A DNA stretch of 64,000 nucleotides from Alphaproteobacteria bacterium (GCA_964291265.2 OZ219747.1:1056001-1120000); one strand, 5' to 3'; numbered from the stretch's first letter, positions 8,781 through 19,100 are shown. Program-made: numbers and translations. Notes: generated by a model from the sequence alone, not told the origin.

Positions 8781-10937
8781 ATGCCGGTCGATTACTCGAT
8801 GAGGATTTCTCGACTCACCGTCGACAAGCTGGGCGTCAAGCTCTACGACAAGGTCTCCGCCGTCATCGCCGAACTCATCGCCAATGCTTACGATGCCGAT
8901 GCCACCCAGGTGACGGTCCGGGCGCCGATGGGACAGTCTCTGGCGACCCGGGCCGGAGGTAAGGTGAAGGACAAGGGTTTCGACATCGAAGTCATCGATG
9001 ACGGCTTGGGCATGACGCCTCGGCAGGTGCAGAATTTCTTTCTCGTCGTCGGGGCCGAGCGGCGCAGCGACAGCAGTCGAGGCGACCGTTCACCCCGCTT
9101 CCGGCGCAAGGTCATGGGCCGCAAGGGAGTCGGAAAGCTGGCGCCCTTCGGTATCTGCAAGACCATCGAGGTGATCAGTGCCGGCGGCGATGGGGTCAAC
9201 GGCCACAGGCGCCAGTCCGGATCAACCGGCTACCTCACGTCCCACATCATCCTCGACTACGATGGCATCACGGCCCTCGGCGCCGAGCCCGACGAACGCT
9301 ACAGGCCGGCCGTGGGAGACCGCGACCAGAAACACTCGACGGAATCGGGAACTCGAATCATCCTGAGGAACTTCAATTACCGAAGGGTTCCCGAGCTTGA
9401 TGTCCTCAGCCGCCAGCTGGCCCAGCGCTTCGGCATCCAGTCGGCGGATTGGCGGATCGAGCTTCAGGACAACACGCAATCCACTCCGTCACCGGTGACG
9501 GTCGGCGCCTTCGAGATTCAGACAATGCAGAACACGAGGCTCTCGTTCAGACAGGACAGAACGGTGATCGGACCCGACGGCAACTCCGATACAGGACTCG
9601 CCGCCGGCTTCTGCCACGAAGGCGCCTTCTTTCCCGTCACCGGGTGGATGGCGTACTCGAAGAAACCCTACAGGGACGAACTCATGGCCGGCGTCAGAAT
9701 CTACTGTCGCGGAAAGATTGCTGCCCAGACGTCAATCTTCAACCGCCGAGCCGGCTTTACCGGAGAACACAGCATCCGCTCCTATCTCGTCGGCGAACTC
9801 CATGCCGACTGGCTCGACGAGGACGACGACCTGATCCAGACCGATCGGCGGGACATTCTCTGGTCGGACGAACTGGCCGCCTCCTTCCAGACCTGGGGCC
9901 AGCGCATCGTCAAGCGGATCGGAACCCTGTCGCGGGACCCCATGCGGACGACGACACTGGATCTGTTCCTTGAAGGGGGCGATGTCGACGCCCGCATCGA
10001 GAGCGCTTATCCGGCCGCAGATCAGCAGGAAATCCGCAACAGCGCCAGGGACATCGCCCGGTCATTCGGGCGCACGATCAGCCGCGGGGAAGTCGAGGAC
10101 CCTGGCGTCGTGAACGATCTGGTCGACCTGACGATCACCGTGGCGCCCCATGTCACGCTCAATTCCAAGATGAAGGAAGCAGTCGCCACCGCCGATACGA
10201 CGCTCTCTGTCCTGACATCACTCCTGCGCACGGCGCGATTGGCGGAATTGTCTTCGTTCGGCAGAATTGCGGAGGATCGCATCAAGGTCATCGACCGCCT
10301 CGAAGCCCTCAAGCACACCGCCGACACCGACGAGAACGACCTTCAGCGGTTGATCGCCGACGCCCCCTGGCTGATCAATCCCGAATGGGCCCCGGTGACC
10401 GAAAACCAGACTTTCGCCAGCTTGCGCCGAGAGTTCGAGAAGTACTACGAGAACAAGACCGGACAATCCATTTCATTGTCCGATTTCCGGGAGACGGGCA
10501 AACGACCGGACTTCGTCCTGTCCAACCAGGAAGGCACGGTGCAGATCATCGAGATCAAGAAACCCGGTCATCGATTGTCGAACCCCGAAATGGACAGGAT
10601 CGTGACGTATCACGACAACATGGAAGCCTTCCTCCGGGAACCCGGGCATGTCGACTTCTGCAAGCACCTTGCCGACTTCCACATCACGGTCGTGTGCGAC
10701 CATCTCGCGTTGACGGGCGCCCAGCGCGCCGCCTTCAATGGTTATCGCAACGAGAAGAGGATGACCCACTTGAACTGGTCAGCGTTTCTTCTGAAATCGG
10801 AACGAATGCACCAGGACTTTCTCGCCGAGGCTGGAACTCGCGGGAACGAACAGGATCGACCTGCTGGCCGGTTGCCCACCGTGCCAGGGTTTCACCAGCC
10901 TGACGGCAAAACACAGGGACAGGGAAGATCCCCGTAA
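8781..10937 (+). CDS. GHKL/MORC (HSP90-like) ATPase with C-terminal PD-(D/E)xK nuclease domain; the last ~35 aa are read out of frame from dcm sequence
   Basis: GGAGG RBS and ATG 8781. Motifs ELIANAYDADA, DDGLGMT, GRKGVGKLA and C-terminal 'RPDFVL...IIEIKKP'. Confidence 0.85.
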   Translation: MPVDYSMRISRLTVDKLGVKLYDKVSAVIAELIANAYDADATQVTVRAPMGQSLATRAGGKVKDKGFDIEVIDDGLGMTPRQVQNFFLVVGAERRSDSSRGDRSPRFRRKVMGRKGVGKLAPFGICKTIEVISAGGDGVNGHRRQSGSTGYLTSHIILDYDGITALGAEPDERYRPAVGDRDQKHSTESGTRIILRNFNYRRVPELDVLSRQLAQRFGIQSADWRIELQDNTQSTPSPVTVGAFEIQTMQNTRLSFRQDRTVIGPDGNSDTGLAAGFCHEGAFFPVTGWMAYSKKPYRDELMAGVRIYCRGKIAAQTSIFNRRAGFTGEHSIRSYLVGELHADWLDEDDDLIQTDRRDILWSDELAASFQTWGQRIVKRIGTLSRDPMRTTTLDLFLEGGDVDARIESAYPAADQQEIRNSARDIARSFGRTISRGEVEDPGVVNDLVDLTITVAPHVTLNSKMKEAVATADTTLSVLTSLLRTARLAELSSFGRIAEDRIKVIDRLEALKHTADTDENDLQRLIADAPWLINPEWAPVTENQTFASLRREFEKYYENKTGQSISLSDFRETGKRPDFVLSNQEGTVQIIEIKKPGHRLSNPEMDRIVTYHDNMEAFLREPGHVDFCKHLADFHITVVCDHLALTGAQRAAFNGYRNEKRMTHLNWSAFLLKSERMHQDFLAEAGTRGNEQDRPAGRLPTVPGFHQPDGKTQGQGRSP

Positions 10938-11715
10938 CGCGCTCGTTCTGGAGATGGCCCGCCTGGCCGAGGAAATTCGACCGCGGGCGATCATGATGGA
11001 GAATGTTCCCGGCCTGGCGCGCCGGGGCGGACTGCTGTGCGGTCGGGTGCGAGCGCGGCTCCAGGCACTCGACTATCGACTGACGGAGGGAGTCCTGCAG
11101 GTTGCCGACTATGGCGTGCCACAGTATCGGCGGCGTTTCGTCCTTCTCGCCGGCCGTGGTTTCGAGATTGCCTTTCCCGATGCGACTCATTCCGCCTCGC
11201 CAACCAGAAATCTTGCGCCGTGGCGCACGGTGCGTGATGCGATCAGGAACATGCCAGCCCCCCTTACCCTGGCAGAGGCCAGGGCAAGGGGACAGGTCGA
11301 GCGGTCCGACTGGCATGTCGTGCGCAAGCTTTCACGCGAGAACATCGAGCGCATCAAGGCGGCGAAGGCCGGCGAGACATGGACGCGCATTCCGGAGCAT
11401 CTCCGCCCCGCCTGTCACCGCGGCGGCTATGTCGGATTCACCAATGTGTACGGGAGGATGGTCTGGGACCGTCCGTCGCCCACGATCACCGGCGGATGCA
11501 CCACTCTGAGCAAGGGCCGCTTCGGCCACCCGCATGCCGATCGGACGATCTCCGTGCGGGAGGCCGCACTTCTCCAGACCTTTCCCCGGGACTACCGCCT
11601 TGACACACCCTTCATGGAGCACGTGTGCAACATGATAGGCAACGCATTGCCGTGCGATTTTGCGGAAGCTCTTTCGCGACGATGTCTCGAGGAACTTGAT
11701 GGCCGCAGTCGGTGA
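10831..11715 (+). pseudogene. dcm: DNA (cytosine-5) methyltransferase, 5'-truncated (motif I missing)
   Basis: The frame from 10831 reads LELAGTNRIDLLAGCPPCQGFT (motif IV), then ENVPGL, GVPQYRRR, REAALLQTFP and IGNALP. It is closed upstream by TGA near 10792 and has no FxGxGG SAM-binding motif. Confidence 0.85.
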
Positions 11716-11821
11716 GGCGCTTGACGAAGCGGTGGGTATCGAACGTGTCGTCATCCGACAGGCGTCCATGCCGTGCCACGTGACTTGGGCGCCCTCCTTC
11801 TTCATCGTCTGTCGTCCCGGT

Positions 11822-12580
11822 TCACCTGGACAGCTTGTCCATGATCGGCCGCGGCACGATCCGCCACGGGAAGCCGTTCCACTCCTCGCCCTCGAGCAAC
11901 CGGCCGCCGGACTTGGGGCGCGGACCGCCCCACTGCTTGAAGAAGAACGCCGTGTCGTCCCGCAGGCACTGATCGCGGATCTCGACAACCCACTCCTCGG
12001 ACATCGCTCTCGCCCCGGGGCCGCTCTCCCCGCCGACGATGGCCCACGCGACCCCCTCGAGACTGACAGCGCCGACGCCGCCGATCAGGGGTTCGAAGGA
12101 GACGAAACGCGCCGGCGAGGCAATCTGCTTCAGATGGTCGATCCGCGAGGCGTGGGCGCGGTCCTCGACCGATACGCCAAGCCAGATGTGCGACGGCAAG
12201 CCGGCATCGCCATAGCGCCTTGCGACATACCTTCGCATCAGTGAGCTGCGTTTCGTCAGCACCTGGTAGACGTGCCAGTCCGCCTCTTCCATCACGTCGA
12301 AGACCGAGTCGATGAAGGATGGCTCGATCTCCTTCTGAAACAGGTCACTCATGGAATTGACGAAGATCATCCTCGGCTTCTTCCATCGGCCGGGCTGCGT
12401 CAGGCGGGACGGCCACAGACGCAGGTCGAACCCCTGTTCATAGGCATGTCCGGCGACGCCCCGGAAACGCTCGGCGAAGCGCTCCGCGTAACAGTGGTCG
12501 CAACCCGGGCCGACCTTCCTGCACCCGGTCAACGGGTTCCACGTGGCGTCCGTCCACTCGATCCGGCTCTGGTCCGCCAT
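11822..12580 (-). CDS. DUF5131 / phage Gp37-Gp68 family protein (three-Cys motif, radical-SAM-like)
   Basis: 'SRIEWTDATWNPLTGCRKVGPGCDHCYAE', FVNSMSDLF, SFEPL, WAIVGGESG and FFFKQWGG. Confidence 0.92.
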   Translation of the reverse strand: MADQSRIEWTDATWNPLTGCRKVGPGCDHCYAERFAERFRGVAGHAYEQGFDLRLWPSRLTQPGRWKKPRMIFVNSMSDLFQKEIEPSFIDSVFDVMEEADWHVYQVLTKRSSLMRRYVARRYGDAGLPSHIWLGVSVEDRAHASRIDHLKQIASPARFVSFEPLIGGVGAVSLEGVAWAIVGGESGPGARAMSEEWVVEIRDQCLRDDTAFFFKQWGGPRPKSGGRLLEGEEWNGFPWRIVPRPIMDKLSR

Positions 12581-12723
12581 GGGCTTCTTCCTCGGTTCGG
12601 CATGGTCATGATAACGGACTCGCGAGTGGGGAACAAGGCAGGAACATGTGATCTGCGCCACTCCAGGGGTTCAGCTTGCGGCACGAATCCTGTGTCGACG
12701 GCCGATGACGGCGCCGGCGCGGG

Positions 12724-15700
12724 TCATGGTTCGCTGTCGGTCACGTGACCGGGGAGAATGCGCCGCGCCGCCTCGTTGATCCGGCCCATGACACCCGCCC
12801 TGCAGAGCTCCTTGCGGATTCGCGTCGACCTGGCGACCTGCCCCTTGCGCAGTTCGGCCGCCCCGGCCCTCGCGATCCAGTTCTTCGCCACCGCCTCGGC
12901 CTCGCAACACAACGCCGCGAGAGCCCTGTGGGACGTCCGCCGCGGGTTGAACGCGGGGACCGGCACCTTGCGCCAGGGATGCAGGTGAAAGTCGCGGCCG
13001 CTCTCGCGCGCCGCGCCGAAGGCGCGCTTCAGTCCCGAGGCGTTGAGGAGCGCCACCAGCCAGGCCGCCTCGTCTTCCGAATCCGCCTTCCACCAGTAGA
13101 GACTGTCACCAACGAGCGGGCCGCAGCCATCGACCCGGGAGGCCCGCATGATGTCACCGGACTTCGGGTAGAGCACGAATTGCCCGCCCGGCTGCGCCAG
13201 TCCGGGCAATTGCGCCGAGAGCCCGGATGAATAGTCGAACCTCTCGAGAAGGGTCTTCGGCGTCGACGTGCCCACCGTGACGTTCTCGCGATAGAGGGCA
13301 TCGAGCCTGTTCCAGAAGCCACACCGCTCCCCGGGGTTGTCGACCAGGCGGAGTCCGTCAGGTTCGACCGGGATGATGGCCCGTCCGCCGGGGCCCATGA
13401 AGAACGGGAGAAGATCGCCGGACTGACGAACCGAACGGACCCAGCCCACGGGCACGTCGCCCCGCTCGGGCTCGACCGCCGCCCACTGAAACTGCCTGGA
13501 CCGGGCCGTCACGACCCGCACCATGCCGGTGCTCGCCCCCTCCTTCTCGCTGTCCAGGAACGACAGGACCCTGGGCAGGATCGTCGCCCCCTGACGGAAC
13601 AGGCCATCGTACCGGGATGCCTTGTCCCGGAACACCTTCGGCGGCGCCCTGAACCGCAGCCTGCCCAGGACATGACCGGCCTGCATGTCCGGTTTCAGCG
13701 TGAAGCGCCCGGCCGCCGGATTGCGATCGACGACGATGATGTCGTCCGTCAAGTCCGTGAGACGCCGGCACCGGCGGATGTCGAACAGGACACAGCAGCG
13801 CCGCGCATCACCGCCGCCGAAGGGCTTCAGGGCCTCCAGGTCGAGAGCCTGACCCTGCGCCCTTTCCTTCCACCAGGTGCGGAACTTGTGCCAGTTGCCG
13901 CCTTTCAGGGCGGCCTTCCTGACAATCCAGGCGGCGGGGTCCCGCTGCGGATCGTCGAGGTAGAGCATGCGGCTGCGCTTGACGAAGAGCTGGGCGATGT
14001 CGAGATGGGGACCCTGCTTTCCGCCGATCCACAGGTCGATCTCCCGGCCCTTCGCGAACTCCTCCATCGTCGTCCTGCGGTCCGGCACCTGGATCTCGCT
14101 CATCTTGACCCATGGCGGGTTGGCGACGATCCGGTTGACCTTCCTCTCGGCGAGCCGCACCGGCCCGGTGATGTTGGTCATGTACCAGCCCCACACGCCG
14201 TTGCCCTCGTCGGTGATGACGCGCGACAGGTCCCGGTGAAACTCCTCGAGCGCGGCGCGGTCATCGCCAGTGACGGTCGCCAGGATGTCCGCCGCCAGCG
14301 GCCGACATGGCGCACCGCCGTGGCGCCTCCCGGCATGGCCGACCGCCGATTCCGTCAACCGCCGCATGTTGCTCGTGAAGTGCCGCGTCCTGGCGAAGGA
14401 CCGGGGCAGCCGCAAGCTGCCGCCACCCGGCGTCGAGAACAGGAAATGGTCGGGCGAATGCGTGAACAGCGATGGCGCCTCGTCCCTCTGGGCAAGCAAG
14501 GCGTCGCCCTGGAAGACACAGACGGCGGCGGCGCCGTCAGGCGGCTCGGCCGGCAGGGCCCGCAGGATCGTGGCGCGGCTGATCTCGGCGGCAATGGGAT
14601 GAATGTCGATGCCGTTCAGGAGACGCGCGACCGCACCCGCCTTGCGCGCGGGCGGCAGCGCCGCATCCTGGAAGGCGGGCGAGCGAAGCAGGCGCCGCGC
14701 CGCATGGTAGAGGAAGGTGCCCGACCCGCATGCCGGATCGAGGACACCGATCCCGTCCAGGGCGTCGGCCTCCACCTCGGCCAGGAGCGCAGCGGCAGCC
14801 GAGCGTTCGCACCAGGCGTCATCCAGGACCTCGTCGACCAGCATCTGCGCCAGCCAGTCGGGCGTGTAGTATTCTCCGAAGATCTTTCGGTCCTTCTCAC
14901 CGACAAAGGTCTCGTAGACGGGTTTCAGCACGTCACCCCGCCTGCGCCGCCACTCGTACTCGTGGATCGAGCCAAGCAGGCCGGCGGCCCACGTTCGGCC
15001 GGTGGCGCTGCCCAGAATCCAGGACACGAACCCGTCACGCAGGAGGGCGGCGGCCTCGGGATCCCTGTCCGGGCGGGACAGCGTGTGGACGACGCCGCGC
15101 GCCAGCGCCACCAGAAACGAGTGGCGCAGGAACAATTCGTGCTGGCCGTAGGGGTCCGCCGGCGCCATCGACGAGGTGCGGAGCATGTCCAGCCACAGGT
15201 CCATCTGGGTCCCGGCCACCCGGGCAGGGCGACCCGCAAGGCCGGCCCGGACATCCCGAAGGGCCGCAAGGTGGCCGGCGAAGAGAGCGCTCGGGTTGGC
15301 CGGAATCCAGGGCTTGCCGACAGGCCCGCGACCCGTGAGCGGGCGCAGCCTCGCCAGAAGTTCGGCGGCGGCGTGAGGCCGCAGGCCCCTGAAGATCGTC
15401 TCGCCGAGGCTTCCCTCCTCGTGCGCGTAGCGCCACGCATGCCACACCCGGCCGTCGGTGACGAGGCCAACCCACGCACGGGAGCGTTCCGCCTCGCCCT
15501 GGAAGGCGACCTGGCCCAGTTCCGCCGCAATCTCGCTCCTCAGATAGCGCTCGAGCTGCTGGCGCGGAGATTCACCGGTGGCGGCGTCCGCGGCGTCGGG
15601 ATCGTCGGCCCGGCCGACGCGCTTGGTCTCGATGAGGACGCGGCGGCGGGGGAGATAGAGATCCGCCGGCCCATGGTCCGTGGCATACGTGATGATGTTC

Positions 15701-15825
15701 TCGATGCCGAGGGCATCGAACAGCCGGGCGATGTTCTGCCGGATGTTGTCTTCCGGCGCCGCCACGGATGTCCGCAGGAGCCGGTCGGCGGCCTCCACGA
15801 CATGATCGCCGAGGACGTCCGTCAC
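12724..15825 (-). CDS. Type IIG/IIL-like fused restriction-modification enzyme (N-terminal PD-(D/E)xK nuclease, N6-adenine methyltransferase, TRD)
   Basis: 'ADLYLP...LIETKR', GEYYTPDWLA, VLDPACGSGTFL and IVANPPWV. The GTG start at 15825 overlaps the resolvase TGA. Confidence 0.85.
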   Translation of the reverse strand: MTDVLGDHVVEAADRLLRTSVAAPEDNIRQNIARLFDALGIENIITYATDHGPADLYLPRRRVLIETKRVGRADDPDAADAATGESPRQQLERYLRSEIAAELGQVAFQGEAERSRAWVGLVTDGRVWHAWRYAHEEGSLGETIFRGLRPHAAAELLARLRPLTGRGPVGKPWIPANPSALFAGHLAALRDVRAGLAGRPARVAGTQMDLWLDMLRTSSMAPADPYGQHELFLRHSFLVALARGVVHTLSRPDRDPEAAALLRDGFVSWILGSATGRTWAAGLLGSIHEYEWRRRRGDVLKPVYETFVGEKDRKIFGEYYTPDWLAQMLVDEVLDDAWCERSAAAALLAEVEADALDGIGVLDPACGSGTFLYHAARRLLRSPAFQDAALPPARKAGAVARLLNGIDIHPIAAEISRATILRALPAEPPDGAAAVCVFQGDALLAQRDEAPSLFTHSPDHFLFSTPGGGSLRLPRSFARTRHFTSNMRRLTESAVGHAGRRHGGAPCRPLAADILATVTGDDRAALEEFHRDLSRVITDEGNGVWGWYMTNITGPVRLAERKVNRIVANPPWVKMSEIQVPDRRTTMEEFAKGREIDLWIGGKQGPHLDIAQLFVKRSRMLYLDDPQRDPAAWIVRKAALKGGNWHKFRTWWKERAQGQALDLEALKPFGGGDARRCCVLFDIRRCRRLTDLTDDIIVVDRNPAAGRFTLKPDMQAGHVLGRLRFRAPPKVFRDKASRYDGLFRQGATILPRVLSFLDSEKEGASTGMVRVVTARSRQFQWAAVEPERGDVPVGWVRSVRQSGDLLPFFMGPGGRAIIPVEPDGLRLVDNPGERCGFWNRLDALYRENVTVGTSTPKTLLERFDYSSGLSAQLPGLAQPGGQFVLYPKSGDIMRASRVDGCGPLVGDSLYWWKADSEDEAAWLVALLNASGLKRAFGAARESGRDFHLHPWRKVPVPAFNPRRTSHRALAALCCEAEAVAKNWIARAGAAELRKGQVARSTRIRKELCRAGVMGRINEAARRILPGHVTDSEP

Positions 15826-16406
15826 GCGCGTTGCTCCTCGTCGCCGCCCGCCGCCCGGCCACGCGGCAGGCGGCGATAGAGCGTCGAGACGGAGACGCCG
15901 AAGCGGCGGGCGACCTGGGCGGCGGTGATGTCCGGATCGCGCAGCATCGCGCTCGCCTCCTGGAGGTCGCGATCGGTGAGGGCGCGAGGCCTCCCGCCGA
16001 CGCGGCCTTGCGCCCTCGCCGCCGCCAGGCCGGCCAGGGTCCTCTCGCGGATGAGTCCGCGCTCGAATTCGGCAAGGGCGGCGAAGACATGGAAGATCAG
16101 TCGTCCAGGCGCCGTCGTCGTGTCCAGGGCCTCGTTGAGGGACTGCAGGCCGCACCCTCGACCGTCCAGGGTCTCGACGGTCTCGATGAGCTGGCGCAGC
16201 GACCGCGCCAGGCGGTCGAGGCGCCACACGACGAGGGTATCGCCGTCCCGCATCCAGTCCAGGGCCGCCGCCAGCTGCGGGCGCCCGCGGTCGGCCCCGC
16301 TTGCCGACTCCTCGAAGATCCGGCCGCATCCGGCCTCGTCGAGGGCGCCGACCTGCAGCGCCGTGTCCTGCGCCACGGTGGAAACGCGGGCATATCCGAT
16401 CAGCAT
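15822..16406 (-). CDS. Serine resolvase/invertase (small serine recombinase with C-terminal HTH)
   Basis: MLIGYARVST, VVWRLDRLARS, AEFERGLIRERT, GRVGGRP and a C-terminal HTH 'VARRFGVSVSTLYR'. Confidence 0.95.
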   Translation of the reverse strand: MLIGYARVSTVAQDTALQVGALDEAGCGRIFEESASGADRGRPQLAAALDWMRDGDTLVVWRLDRLARSLRQLIETVETLDGRGCGLQSLNEALDTTTAPGRLIFHVFAALAEFERGLIRERTLAGLAAARAQGRVGGRPRALTDRDLQEASAMLRDPDITAAQVARRFGVSVSTLYRRLPRGRAAGGDEEQRA

Positions 16407-16409
16407 GAT

Positions 16410-16550
16410 CCCTCGCACAAACGACGGTTATTGCAACAGTCGCTCAACGCCCCGGTATCGTGGTCCCGAAAGGGCCGCGGAGTGTTGCAGAACTCATCGC
16501 AAAACCTCGAGTCGCACTATGGCCGATCGGAACGTTTTCGGGAAGGATGG
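16410..16550. promoter_or_regulatory. Putative res/promoter region of the resolvase
   Basis: AT-richer spacer upstream of the resolvase with an inverted pair TGCAACA (16432-16438) / TGTTGCA (16483-16489). Confidence 0.4.
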
Positions 16551-16553
16551 ATC

Positions 16554-16874
16554 TCAAGTCCTGTCGGTGTCGATATCGGCCACACCTTCGATCGCCTGGA
16601 TCAATTCGAAGTGCTCGCTCGGCACGGGGCGGTAGCCGCGGCGGACCTTGGTCTTGACGATCGTCTCGAGGGCGCGGATCGCCGAGGCCCGGTCCGCAAA
16701 GTGCGTCAGGCGCACGGTGCCCGCCTGGCCGATCCTGCCCCACTCGCGGAACAGGATGCAGCCGCCGAAGAGATCGCGCATGAGGGCCACGGAGTAGAAT
16801 CTCCAGACGTTGTCCGGTGGGTGGATGCGCTCCAGCCTGCAGGGCGCCGGGAGTGGCGGCGGCGGTGCGTTCAT
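16554..16874 (-). CDS. WGR domain protein
   Basis: 'RFYSVALMRDLFGGCILFREWGRIGQAG...KVRRGY' is a typical WGR signature; such genes are common next to traG in alphaproteobacterial mobile elements. Confidence 0.85.
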   Translation of the reverse strand: MNAPPPPLPAPCRLERIHPPDNVWRFYSVALMRDLFGGCILFREWGRIGQAGTVRLTHFADRASAIRALETIVKTKVRRGYRPVPSEHFELIQAIEGVADIDTDRT

Positions 16875-16927
16875 GAGGCTCACGTCGGGGCCGGATCCCC
16901 CGTCGCCCGGATGATCCGCGAGACGGC

Positions 16928-18151
16928 TCATGGCTCGTCGGCGGGCGCGGTGCCTCCCGCATCGACGGTGACGGCGCACCTGTTGCCGCGGTCGGCCGCG
17001 GCGTTGATGCACCGCGCGATCTCCTCGCCGGCGAGCTCCCACACGCGGTCCTTCCAGCCCAGGGTGTCGTTCGTCGGGTCGAGGAGCGTGTAGCGCTGCT
17101 GCACGACGACGCCCAGGGCGCCGGCGCAGAGGGTGACGACGAGGATCGAGACCCAGGCAAACCGGATGAAGGCGCGGCGCGGCCGGGCGGCAGCCTCGAG
17201 GAGCTCGTCGACGGCATGGCGCACCTCGTCCGCGTCGACGGGCGGCTCGGGCGGCGCCAGGGCCGGCGGTTCGCTGCCGCCCGGCGGCGGCGTGCGAGCG
17301 CCCTCATCCAGGATCTGCGGGGGTCTTGCGGGTCGGATGATCCCGACGATGCGGTCGAGGCGGGTCATGACTTCCTGGAACGCCTGCCATGCGGGAGGCA
17401 TCCCGGCATCGTCGCCCGCCGCGCCGCCCGCCAGGGCGATGGCGGCGGTGATGGTCTCGTTCTGCGCCTCCTGCGCCGTGCGGATGGCGCCGAGAGCCTC
17501 GAGGATCTCCGTCTGCCGGGGCGCGGGGTCCGGGAGGCGGGCGAGGCGCTTGTCGATCTTCGCGAGGAGGCGGAGGATCTTCTTCTCGCGCTTCGTTGGC
17601 GCCGGCGGCGAGGGTGGGAGAGAGGCGGCCGGTGTCCCGTGGTCGGCGGCCGGCGCGGGACCGGCGGCCGAGGCCGCCTCCGCGCCGGGGCCCTGGGCGG
17701 CAGGGCCGGCGTCATCGCCGCCGGCCGGCGCGGCAGCGGCTCCGTTCTCCCCGGCAGCCGGCGCGGCCTCGCCCCCGTCCTGCGGAGCGGCGGCGGGGTG
17801 CGCCTCGTCCTCGGCCTCCGGTTCGCCGGCGGCCTGCGCCCCGGCGCCCTGCCGGCCCGGCGGGGCCCCGGTGCTCCCTTCGTCTGTGGCGGGGTGGTCC
17901 TGCGGGTCGGACGGGGATGTCATGGTCTCCTCCTGCGCGGCGGCGTCGGCGGCGGGATGGCCGGGGACCAGATGGTCGATCCGGCGGGCGAGGGCCTCGA
18001 TCAGCTCCCGCGTCTCGCGGGCGCCGGTGGCCGCGGCGGCGAGGCGGGTGGCGTTGGCCTTCGACAGTTCCAGCATCTGGCCGATGCCGCGCTCGATGAT
18101 GTCCTCGATGGTGCGGGCGTCGGCGGGCGCCTCGTCCGGTTCGCTGCTCAT
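16928..18151 (-). CDS. Low-complexity hypothetical protein with C-terminal TM (mobilisation-region accessory, possibly DUF6118-like)
   Basis: GGAGG RBS, ATG overlapping the traG stop, an Ala/Pro-rich linker, a TM helix, then 'IARCINAAADRGNRCAVTVDA'. Confidence 0.5.
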   Translation of the reverse strand: MSSEPDEAPADARTIEDIIERGIGQMLELSKANATRLAAAATGARETRELIEALARRIDHLVPGHPAADAAAQEETMTSPSDPQDHPATDEGSTGAPPGRQGAGAQAAGEPEAEDEAHPAAAPQDGGEAAPAAGENGAAAAPAGGDDAGPAAQGPGAEAASAAGPAPAADHGTPAASLPPSPPAPTKREKKILRLLAKIDKRLARLPDPAPRQTEILEALGAIRTAQEAQNETITAAIALAGGAAGDDAGMPPAWQAFQEVMTRLDRIVGIIRPARPPQILDEGARTPPPGGSEPPALAPPEPPVDADEVRHAVDELLEAAARPRRAFIRFAWVSILVVTLCAGALGVVVQQRYTLLDPTNDTLGWKDRVWELAGEEIARCINAAADRGNRCAVTVDAGGTAPADEP

Positions 18152-18599
18152 GGCTTCCTCCGGGGAGTCTGCTCGTCCGCCGGGGCGGCGAGGCCGCCCG
18201 AGGCCTTGCGGATGACGAACGGGTTGGGGCGGCCGAGGCGGCGCACATCGGGCCGTTCCCAGTGGCGGGCGTGGAAGAGGTGGAGGGCGTTGCGCGGTAC
18301 CGTCTTGCCGGCGGCGATGACGTACTGCTCGTCCGGGCGCATGGTCATCAAATCGTCGGGCGGCACCAGGAACTCCCGCACCAGCTGCGTCGATTCCCCG
18401 GTCTGGACCTGGGCCGAGGACATCAGCGCCTGCTGTTCGGAGACCGTGCCGGACCGGCTCTCCGATTCGGCGACGAACGTGGTGTGTCCGATGGCCTTGG
18501 CGAAGTCCTCCGCGCCGCGCGCGTCGGTGCGCGGGAAGCCGAGGATCTGGATGACCTCGGCGAGGTCGATCAGCGTGCGCGTGGGATCCTTCCCCCAGG
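18148..18599 (-). pseudogene. traG: 3' fragment of TraG/VirD4-type conjugative coupling protein, truncated by the IS21 end
   Basis: 'WGKDPTRTLIDLAEVIQILG...AEDFAKAIGHTTF...REFLVPPDDLMTMRPDEQYVI' matches the TraG/TraD C-terminal pattern. The frame is cut exactly at IS end 18600. Confidence 0.7.
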
Positions 18600-18749
18600 T
18601 GTCGGCGGCGATTTAGAACGGCGGGATATTGGCGGAGAACCGCTCTTTTGGGCGCTGATCGTGTGAGTGGGTGACCACGACAGGAGAACGTGCGGCATTG
18701 GACGAAGGTCCGCCCGGTCTTTGTTTTCTGCCTATTGTTGGATCCCATT

Positions 18750-19100
18750 GGTCTTGCATTGACGTTGACGATGTCGTTCCGGTCGGCGTTTTCTGGCGTT
18801 CGGCGTTTGTGGAACGTGATGTGGGAGGGGAGCTTCAGGCTTTTGCGCGTGGTTTCGTTCTGGCGTTCTCCGGCCTCGTCGTGGTTCGTCGGGCGGGACG
18901 ATCTCGAGGCTGGAGAGCTGACGGTTTCTGTTGCGCTGGGCGAAGAGGCTGCGTGCGTTGCGGTTGCGGCGGCGCAGGGTGCGGCAGGCGTCGAGTGTTT
19001 TCGGGCGGATGCTGCGACCTGTGAGCCAGTCCGGCGGCGGATCGGGCGTTGCTGCGGCTCAGCGGCTGCGGCAGTCTCGTGATGTGGTGTCGTTTGGACG
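18750..19100 (-). pseudogene. Degenerate, internally deleted second copy of the Toprim cargo gene
   Basis: Aligns by eye with 19890-20010 and 20270-20470 (e.g. GACGTTGACGATGTCGTTCCGGTCGGCGTTTTC versus GGCGTTGACGACGTCGTTCCAGTCGGCGTTTTC). Confidence 0.75.

Noticed and set aside
10954-11715. Intact 253-aa Dcm as called by the ORF track
   Set aside because: It starts downstream of the catalytic PC motif and lacks motif I, so it is treated as a truncated pseudogene.
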